Positions 54,970 through 64,000 of a stretch of 64,000 bases of DNA are shown piece after piece. The DNA comes from Geosiphon pyriformis uo1 (lineage: Eukaryota > Fungi > Glomeromycota). The stretch lies in NCBI GenBank assembly GCA_016748015.1, contig JAAOMT010000282.1:186001-250000 (forward strand), in the 5' to 3' direction. Under the pieces are notes generated by a model. It was not told the origin of the DNA and did no database searches. It saw only the letters and a list, made by a program, of their open reading frames with translations. Position 1 is the first letter of the stretch; the number at the start of each line of letters is the position of its first letter. Made by a program: the position numbers and the translations under genes.

Positions 54970-56328
54970 ATGAACACACAAAAATACCAACAGCTCCAGC
55001 ATTATATAAATACTCAATCATTCAAGGAGAAATTATCTCAAAAAGAACAAAACAACATAAAACAGCAATTAAAATATTTTACCAGAAAAACAGAAGAAAT
55101 CCAGACCAACCAACCAGAGTAATTACAGAATCAGAAAAAGAAACAATATTGTTTAACATGCATTCAGATCCAACAACAGGATATTTTCATAAAGAAGCAA
55201 CCATAGAAAGAACCAGAAAAAGATATTATTGGCTATCAATATATCCAGACATTATACAATATGTTCAAAGTTGTGATGCTTGTCAAAGAAAAGATAGAAC
55301 AAAACCCAGTGAATTATTAAGACCAATCAAAATAGAACAACCATTTGATTACATTAGAATTGACTTAGTCAGACCATTAACAATTACCAGTAGAGACAAC
55401 AGATATATTGCAGTAGCTATGGACTATCTTACAAAATAGCCAGAAGCAAAAGCCATTCAAAGAGCAGATGCAGAATCCATTGCCAAATTCATCCATCAAA
55501 ATTTAATATGTCAATACGGATGTCCAAAAGAACTATTATCAGGTCAAAGAACTCATTTTGTGAATAAAACATTAACAGAATTAAGTCAGAGATTTGGGAT
55601 AAAAAGACCATTATCATCACCATATCATCCACAAACCAATGGACTTGAAAGATTCAATAGAACATTGTGTGAAGCAATCACCAAAATCAGTCAAGAAAAC
55701 CAAGATGAATGGGATTTGTTTATACTATCAGTATTATTTGCTTATCGAACAATAAGACAAGATACTATACAAGCAACACCATTTGAATTAGTATATAGTA
55801 AAACAGCAACATTACTAGTTGAGATAGAGGTCAATACATATCCAACTGAACCAATAACAGAAGCTAATTTCCAAGAAATATTATTGAAAAAAACATATGA
55901 TCTAATAGAAACTCTAGAGAACAAATGGCGAAAAGTAGCTGATAGCATACAAAAGTCACAAGAGAAACAAAAAAAAAAACATGATAACCAATTACCAAAT
56001 AAACCAGTTGAATTCAAGATTGGAGACAAAGTACTTCTATATTGTACCAAAGTGGAAAAACAATAGAGTGGAAAATTTGACTCCAAATGGGATAGACCAT
56101 TTCACATAGAAAAAATTCTTGAAAATGGAGCTTATAAATTAAGATGAAACAATAAAATTTTAACCAAAGCAGCACATGGAGATTAACTGAAACCATATCA
56201 CAATATAACATCATCAATTACCAGTAATATTCTACAATTGGGAGTACAAAGAATACTAGTCCAACCAGATAAGATTTCATAAGATTTAGAACCAATCATA
56301 CTCATCGAAACAAACACAACAATTTGAT
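54970..56328 (+). pseudogene. Outer family B integrase ORF
   Basis: ATG 54970 (MNTQKYQQLQHY) in the +1 frame. A small deletion near 55080 shifts it into the pol frame. Contains PYHPQTNGLERFNRTL and FKIGDKV. Confidence 0.88.
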
Positions 56329-56334
56329 ATACTG

Positions 56335-56372
<38 letters not shown>

Positions 56373-56411
56373 ATATAAGGAACCAAAGTATGCAATGAAG
56401 ACAACAGAAAA

Positions 56412-56572
56412 ATGGAAATTCCAAACCACATTCATCAACTTACCCAACAATTATTTCAAGCTGTAAATCAACAACAATTAGACATGAAAATTGTTATCAA
56501 TCACTAAACAATTTGCTATCAAAACACCAAGAAAAAAACAAAGGAAACACCATATTAGTAACTAAAGAATGA
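56412..56572 (+). pseudogene. ORF3 N-terminus of the outer family B element, cut by an LTR insertion
   Basis: MEIPNHIHQLTQQLFQAVNQQQLD matches 40121-39970 (-). Confidence 0.8.
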
Positions 56573-57444
56573 TGTTACTCATAGAAATATAGGAAATATA
56601 TTAACATGATTATTAGCCAATTAAAAGTAGGCGTAGTAAATGTAAAATTCCAGAATTCTTCTCAGGAATTGCAGGATTCCAAGAATTTCAGGATTCTCTG
56701 ACGAGGAATTACAAGATTCCAGAATTCTAGGATTCCTCTCATAGAAATCACAAGATTCCAAAAATTCCAGGATTCCTGTTGTGAAGAATCAAGGAATTGA
56801 GAAATCTCAATTATGTATATATAGCAGTAGTGTTAGAAACAGAAAAAACAGAATTGATATGACAGAATCCTTAATTCAGAAACACAAATTATCAAATAAA
56901 TAAATATTTTATATCTCAAAACCATTCTCCACTATCAATACTTCATGTTGATAGTAATTGATACTTAACCACGCTGGAACAATAGCTCTTGATCATGGCT
57001 ATTGACAAGATACTAACATACCAAATTGCCTTGGCTTATTTTCTCTATTTTCTTATTTTATTTTTTTTATTTTATTTTCTTTCCTTCTTTGATTTTGTTG
57101 TTGTATACTAATTGATTAAAAGATTAAGCACTGAGTTATTAACGTCAAGAATAGCCTGATAAAAGACCCAAAAATAAGGGTAGAATTTTATATATTATTG
57201 GATAGCTTACCAGAAAAGCATGACTGCCAGACTAAATTCGGCCACCACGCTGAGAAAAAAATTGGGAAAACTCTTGGGAAAATACATCTACTATCGACAC
57301 TATTGAATCTCTGTTTATTATACAAAGGACTCTATCAAAACCTTCAGATACAATACTTACAGAACATCATCAATGGAAGTAGTTTTGAGTACCAAGTTAC
57401 AGGTTTGTTAATTAATTCAACAGCAGAAATAATCACCTGTAACA
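56573..57444 (+). repeat. 5' LTR, family B variant
   Basis: Homologous to 37610-38546 from the TATA region onward, but with a different upstream repeat array. Confidence 0.9.
56645..56810. repeat. ~40-bp tandem array built of GGATTCC/GGAATT motifs in the variant LTR
   Basis: Units ggaattgcaggattccaagaatttcaggattctctgacga / ggaattacaagattccagaattctaggattcctctcata / gaaatcacaagattccaaaaattccaggattcctg. Confidence 0.8.
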
Positions 57445-57506
57445 TTTAGTGCTTCCTGTGAGGTATAATTCTACAGAGAACCAACACCAACAACACCAAA
57501 CCAAAA

Positions 57507-60500
57507 GTGGCAGAATCAGAAATAATAGGGACAAACCATTTAGGATTCGCGAAATCTTTATTTCAACAGTACAGCTAGCAGTTAGGTCTAAACAACAACT
57601 ATTACCCAGCAGAATCAGCTTTCAACTTCTATGTCAACGAAAAAATTACTGATTTCTTAGGAAGACCAGTTGACATTGAATCAGCAAGAGAAAATTTCTA
57701 TTCAGAACTAATTCAACACACCAACTTACCAAGAAATCACAGCTTTGCACCCATCATCAGAAAAATCAACCAAGAAATTGAAAGATATACACAAAAGACA
57801 TTCCCTATTACTTATCAGGACAAGAGCAAAGGAAAACTACAGACACCAGCAGTAACACTTAAAGGAATACAAATTCCTAACTGGAAGAAACAAAGAATCA
57901 AATCTCTGATATATCTATTATACCATCACATGCCCAAAAGTACCATCAACATCACATTAGTAAACGCATCCACTAGTACAAAGACACTGCTAGCAAGAAT
58001 TATGTTTCAGAGTAAACAAAAAAAAAACAAACTATTAGGAACATATGGTAATTATTTTGAAGAATTTAAATCAAGATCACCAACACTATCAGGATTTCGA
58101 TCACCGCCTCATTAGCCAGATTTTGGAACTATCAGTCTCTGAAAAATTACTGAATCAGAAAAAGAAGAAGATGAAAATCAGGAATTTAATTACCAAAACC
58201 CGATCCTAAAAAACCCAAACATTCAAACTCAGCAACATTTAGAAAATTCGGAAGTCGAAACTCTGAATATTTGAACCCCGCCAAATCAAAAAAATCAAAA
58301 ACCCAAGTTAATTTATCAGCAAAACTTACCTCCAGTTATTGTCATCAATTAACTACCAATTGAGCCTATCAGTGAGCCAATTCAACCACCTCAGGTATCA
58401 TCCCAACAACCGTTATCTTTTTAACAACTTTAGCAACAGCCACCACAACCACTCAACTTAGATCCAATGGCCTACACACCAATTTCAAAACTTGACAACT
58501 TTACCAGCGAAGAGGACGACATTCAAGTATGGCTGAATGATATAGAAAAGGCCATTACAGCCAACGGATGGAATAACGCCTGAGCAATGTAAGCCATTCT
58601 CTACTTTCTCAAGGATATCGCCAATTCATGGTACCAGAGCTTGATTAATAAACCACAAGATTTTGATGTCTTCAAAGTAGAATTCCTAAGATACTTCAGC
58701 AACAATAACAGTATCAATCGCCTAGTCAACACATTTACTACCATGAAACAAGGAGAAACTGAAGCAATCACCACTTACCTAGAATACTTCTATTGAAATC
58801 TGCACCAAATTCAAGCAATTAATGCCAACTACTTCACAGCACCACAAATCCTCAACCAGTTTATCCATGGCCTGTACAGCAGCATCTTGCAACATGTATA
58901 TCTGTTGCATCCAGGCACACTTCAAGACACAGTCACATGTGCCAGAGATTTTAAATCCACTGAGTCAGAGACCAACCACGCTCAAGCCATTAATCTAATA
59001 ATGAACGGATCATCTAAATTGGATTCCAAATTGGAGAAGTTCAGTAAAACAATTAATAAGAGATTAGAAGGATACTTAGCTGACAATCACGCCATTTATC
59101 AGCCTCCACAATAATGCAACAATCAAGAAAACTTTACTCATGGCCAAAATCAACCATGTCTATCATCATCAACCAATCAACAATGACAACAGGAAACACA
59201 TATCTGCTACTATTGTGGTAAACAAGAACATATTCAAATCGACTGCCGCCAGCATTTAAATAACCAATGATCAGGAAATCAATATCAAAATCCCAATCGC
59301 CAGTTCTTAATTTCGAATTATCAATCAAACTCAACACAATATCAAACTACTTACCTGCCAATAATGCAGCAATCAATTTATCCACCACCAGTATATCAAG
59401 TGCCAATTTATTAACCAACAGCCCCAATTTATCAACAACAGCCACAGGTAATGTATCAACCACAACTGCCAACAATCTATTAACCCTAAACAATTCAGAC
59501 CCCACCACAAAACTTACTGGCCAGTGAAATCCAAAAGCCAAGAATCATGCAGCAAAACTGGAGATCGTCAATGGTAGTTCATCAGCCGATCCCCAGCCCA
59601 TTCAGTCAAACAAAATTTTGTCAATGGAATTTGGGTGCTGGGAATCCCCAAAACCCGAATTCCCAGAACTATTTAAGTCTCCTGGTTATTCCAGAAGACG
59701 TCTCACCCAGCAACTAGGAACCTACCCAAAAACAACAAACACATACCAGCAATATTCTGCCAGCAACAGTCACCAATGACAAATCACTGGACGCCATTTT
59801 TCTATTCGAACTCGAGGAACTGTCAAACATGCCATTATTTAGTAGAGCTACACTGAAAGAAAAGCCAATTATTGCCATGTACACTGATATGAAAATTGAT
59901 GGCCATCACATCAAACTAATTCTTGACAGTGGTTCAGCAGGCAGCATCATCACATGACAACTCATAGATCAATTAGGTCGCCAAATTGATCGAACTGTTA
60001 GCGCCAGAATCATCACGGCTGATAGAATGACCAAAACTCTAATCGGTGAAATCGATAACTTACCAATTGAAATTAATGGCATTATAGTACTAATCAAAGT
60101 ACTTGTTATGGAAGTCACTCAATACCAAGCTCTAGTTGGTAATGACTGACTGTTCAAGATGAACACCACTCTAAACTGGAATACATAAGAGCTCCAACTC
60201 AGCCAGAACGGGTGACACACGCACGTACTAGCAACATATGGCCACTTCAAGGCTACCAGCACCACAGCACCACTAATCAACTTCGAGGAAGAAAAACCAA
60301 AACCTACCTGGGAAGCCTACCAAGTGTTGTGGGCTGATGAAGAACACAACAAGCTGCCACCAATACTCTCTTGGGATGACAACGGGAAAAAAAAGCAGAC
60401 AAACGAACTTACCTGGGAAACTGACGATCTGACTTGGAACAACGAATAAAAAGAAGTCTCCAGTTGGGAATAGAACAAAGATAAGGGAAAAGGAAAAAAA

Positions 60501-63500
60501 AAGGAAGAAGGAACACCACCAACTACCACCATTTATAATTCCTACACTCACCACACTCCACAACAATCCAATTATTGATGGCCAAGACTTGTGTGTGTCA
60601 ATTGCGACAAAAAACTGTTGTCAATGGGTGCATGCTGTGGTGACGATGAGGAATACCACACCACAACAAAGTTCTACTGTCGTCCATGCTTACTCGAATG
60701 TTTTGGACGACCAAAGAGGCAAGGAAAATGGGATAGTCAACCTTGTCTCACTTGTGGGGAGACTCTGCTAGATGAAGGAATGTGGAATGACATTCTGGAG
60801 AGAAAAAGAACATGCAATGTGTTCTGCCAATACATGATCCTCATCAGCAACTGGGTCGAGAAAAAAACACCCATAGAAGCTATCTGAAGAAGAGCTGTAT
60901 AGCGATTAGACAGTTGTCCACACAATGATAATGAATTATAGTGGATGGCAACTGCCAAAATTGAAGGCGCGTTGCCAGAAGAAATCAGAACAATTAAAAA
61001 CAACCCACCAGAACCCATCGAGCTTGACTGGAATGCAGAACCAGTCATAAATTTTCTGGAACCAGAAGAGTTCTATAAACACTACCAAAACTTGGCACTC
61101 ACTAAAGAAGAACAAAAACAATGCCTAGCACAATTGAATACAAGACTGTGTCACCATTGTTTAATTCCCAGTGACTTTGAATATTGTGATGATTGTGACT
61201 TCATTTACAATCCACCACCACGCATGATCTACACAATCCCCGAAGAGAAAGAACTAATCAATAGCTGTGCATTGGAGTCGGAATTGCCACTCAATCCCGA
61301 TTCAAACCCCAACAACAACAATGATGAGAATAATGATTCCAGCTCTGTTCAAAACAGCAATGACAATGACAATGATATCAACTCAGATTCAAACTCCAAC
61401 CTAAGCTATGAACAATATATCGTGCTTCCTGACTTCACCAAGGAACAAGAACTGAAATGGTTCAGCAATAATAATGAAAGTATTATGCCAGAACGCATAC
61501 ACGATACTGATGCAGGATTTGATCTGAAATATCTGGGAACAGAAGCCATCAAATTGGAACCACATTCACACACTTGCATTAATCTGAAAGTAGCACTAGA
61601 AATTCTGGCAACAACAATGGTTCAATTAGCATCCAGGAGTAGTTTAGCAAAAAGAGGGATTAATATAAGAGGAGGAATAATTGATGCAGGATATGTAGGA
61701 AATATTATCACTATGCTACAAAATGACTCAGAAAAGACCTATATAATAGAGCCCAACAAAAAGATGGCACAGGCAATATTCCTGCCTCTGGTTAGAGTAG
61801 CTTAGTTAGTATCAGTGGGAAAGAGAAAGGAATTAGGAATAACAGTGAGAGGAATACAGGGATTCGGATCAATAGATAGAATAGATGTACCAGTTAATAT
61901 GGCAGAGAAAGAAATTGTTGGCCAAGAAGAAATTATCTCAACCAGTCAAGCTATTTCTATTTTACCATATAACCAGTACATGCTAGCAATAGAAAGGAAG
62001 GAAAAAGACCAAGCACAAATTTTTGAAGCAAAAGCCAGTCTTTGTGAATTAAGAGAAGTTGGACTCATCAATCTCCACATACCAGCCAAAGATTACAGTC
62101 ATATCAAAATTCCCATCTACAACAATACAAAAAATGTCATAAAAATACCAGCCGGAACCATTATTGAATACTTAAATACTAAAATAGAGGATCAACCACC
62201 AAACCCTATTCCAGACTTTCCACAACTTTGTGGATATGTTGATATCACATTACAAACAATATACGGACAAAGTGAATGTTATTTGCTCCAACCAGAACAA
62301 TTGGAACAAATGAACATGGGAAACTTAGATCCATTCCAATATATGCAACTCAAGATGTTGCTCAACCAGTTCAATGATATCTTTGCCAGCGAAAATGAGT
62401 TTGGCCAAACTGATATCATCCAGCATCAGATCAATATTGGAGATGCAATGCCCATCAAACAGCAAGCATACAGAGTACCACCAGCCAGCCATGAAATCAT
62501 CTGTCAAGAGATCAACCAGATGCTTAACAATGGGTTAATTCAGCCATCAATGAGCCCATAGTCATCACTAGTAGTACTTGTCCAAAAGAAGAATAGAAAG
62601 ATCCAATTTTGTGTGAACTACAGAAAACTAAATAGTGTAACTCGTGGAGACAGCTATTCAACTCTACAGATACAAAAACTATTCGATGCTTTTGGCGGGA
62701 ACAAATGGTTTTCAACATTAGACTTGGACAGTGGTTACTGACAAGTAGCCATGGATCCAGCTGACAAAAAGAAAATGGCATTCACCATGAGAGAAGAGAA
62801 TTTTGAATTTGAAGTAATGCCATTCAGTTTAACCAATGTATCAGCCACTTTCCAATGGCTAATGGAAATTGTCTATACTGGCTTATTGTAGAAATCAGTA
62901 GTTGTATACTTAGATGACACCAACATATTCTCAAAAACATTTGATGATTATCTTCATCATCTTCAACAAGTGTTCGAAAGACTGAAAAAAGTAAGACTAA
63001 AGTTAAATGCAACAAAGTGCTTTTTTGGCAAGACAAAACTAAAATTCTTGGGACACATAGTCAGCAAAGATGGCATCAAAACGGATCCAGAGAAAATAGA
63101 GATAGTAAAGAACTTTCCAGTACCAACCAATATGACTGAATTGAAATCATTCTTGGGATTCACAAGCTATTATCAACACTTTATAAAGAACTTTTCAAAG
63201 ATAGCTCAACTGCTCAATAATTTGCAAATCAAGAATACCAAATATGAATGGACAGAAAGTCAACAAGAAGCTTTTGATATTCTGAAAAGAAAGCTCATTC
63301 AAGCTCCAGTACTGATCTACCCAGATCACAACAAACCATTCATCATTACCACTAATGCATCTGGCCAAGCATTGGGAGCAGTACTATCTCAGAAGGAACC
63401 AGACAGCAGAAAACATCCAGTAGCATATGCCAGCTGAGGTCTAACACCAGCCGAAAAGAACTATGGAACACCCAAATTAGAACATTTAGCAATCTATTGG

Positions 63501-63710
63501 GCAGTCATGAAGTGGAATAAATACTTGAGCCAAAAGTTTGATATATACACGGATCATAAAGGGTTAACATCACTTCAAAAGCAAGAATTTGATAACGGCT
63601 GCCAATCCAAATAGAAAATAGCACTATCATGATATACTTATACTATACACTATAAGAAAGAAAAAGACAATGGAAATGCCGACGGTTTGTTGTAAATGAA
63701 ACAAATCTAA
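57507..63710 (+). pseudogene. gag-PR-Cys-rich-dUTPase-RT-RH polyprotein (~2070 codons, one frame, scattered stops)
   Basis: Gag MAYTPISKLDNF at 58467, CCHC ~59205-59246, protease LILDSG at ~59925, dUTPase 61485-61880, YLDD at 62907, NADGL..QI-TAA at 63708. Confidence 0.92.
61485..61880 (+). pseudogene. dUTPase domain (family B)
   Basis: All five trimeric dUTPase motifs are present: AGFDL, RSSLA, GGIIDAGYVG, AQAIF, RGIQGFGS. Also at 52719-53110 (+) and 43450-43843 (-). Confidence 0.92.
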
Positions 63711-64000
63711 GAACATTTTAACACAAAAATATAACAAAACCAGAACAATAACAACAAAAATATAACAAAAGATAAACATACAAAAATATTAACAACTTCA
63801 ACATTATATAAAGACTCAACAGTTCAAGGAGAATTTATCTCAAACGGAATGAAAGAGTATCAAACTACAATCAAAATATTTTATCACTCACCAAAATATA
63901 CTTTATTGGAAAAATAGAAAAGATCCAGATCAACCAATCAGAAAAATTACAGAGTCAGAAAAAGAGACAATATTATTTAACATATACGCAGATTCAACAG

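Larger units (their letters stand above)
37610..56572 (+). mobile_element. Gypsy family B outer element (5' LTR 37610-38546, internal region 38547-38585 + 48780-56572)
   Basis: LTR and PBS, then an insertion 39 bp after the LTR. Resumes at 48780 with gag-pol, integrase and the start of ORF3, which is cut by another LTR at 56573. Confidence 0.9.
56573..64000 (+). mobile_element. Gypsy family B (variant LTR) element, runs off the right edge
   Basis: LTR 56573-57444 (TGTTAC...GTAACA), PBS 57447, polyprotein frame 57507-63710, integrase begins ~63772. Confidence 0.93.

Noticed and set aside
54516-55439. ORF that appears to fuse RNase H and integrase
   Set aside because: It is an artefact of small deletions in this copy. 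The middle is out-of-frame translation, and the integrase ATG at 54970 is in the +1 frame as in the other copies.
56335-56370. Long poly(A) run as a possible retrocopy tail
   Set aside because: No inserted body or TSD. It lies in the A-rich IN-ORF3 spacer and is best explained by G>A decay plus slippage.
57507-63710. Many in-frame stops suggesting an alternative genetic code
   Set aside because: The stops fall at different positions in different copies and fit CAA/CAG/CGA/TGG transitions.

Overview
This window is a gene-free pile of nested, decayed retrotransposons from an AT-rich eukaryote. The element style suggests a Glomeromycotina-like fungus, but that is an inference. I found no host gene, RNA gene or CRISPR array. 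(1) Five or six minus-strand non-LTR (LINE) copies. The full-length ones have ORF1 (RRM-like + CCHC + coiled coil), ORF2 (APE endonuclease-RT-RNase H-C-terminal Cys/His finger) and a conserved structured 3' UTR. (2) Five internal copies plus two solo LTRs of Ty3/Gypsy elements from two related families (A and B), nested in each other and in a LINE, with 4-bp TSDs. Both Gypsy families share an unusual plan: LTR, PBS, an N-terminal extension opened by GTG, then Gag-CCHC-protease, a ~250-aa Cys-rich domain, dUTPase, RT, RNase H and a stop. A separate ATG-initiated integrase ORF follows in the +1 frame, then a third conserved ~200-aa ORF ending at the PPT. The LTRs carry swappable arrays of palindromic repeats upstream of the TATA box. 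All copies are decayed almost purely by C>T/G>A transitions, grading from a CpG-rich young LINE fragment to nearly GC-free relics. All alignments and counts were done by eye.
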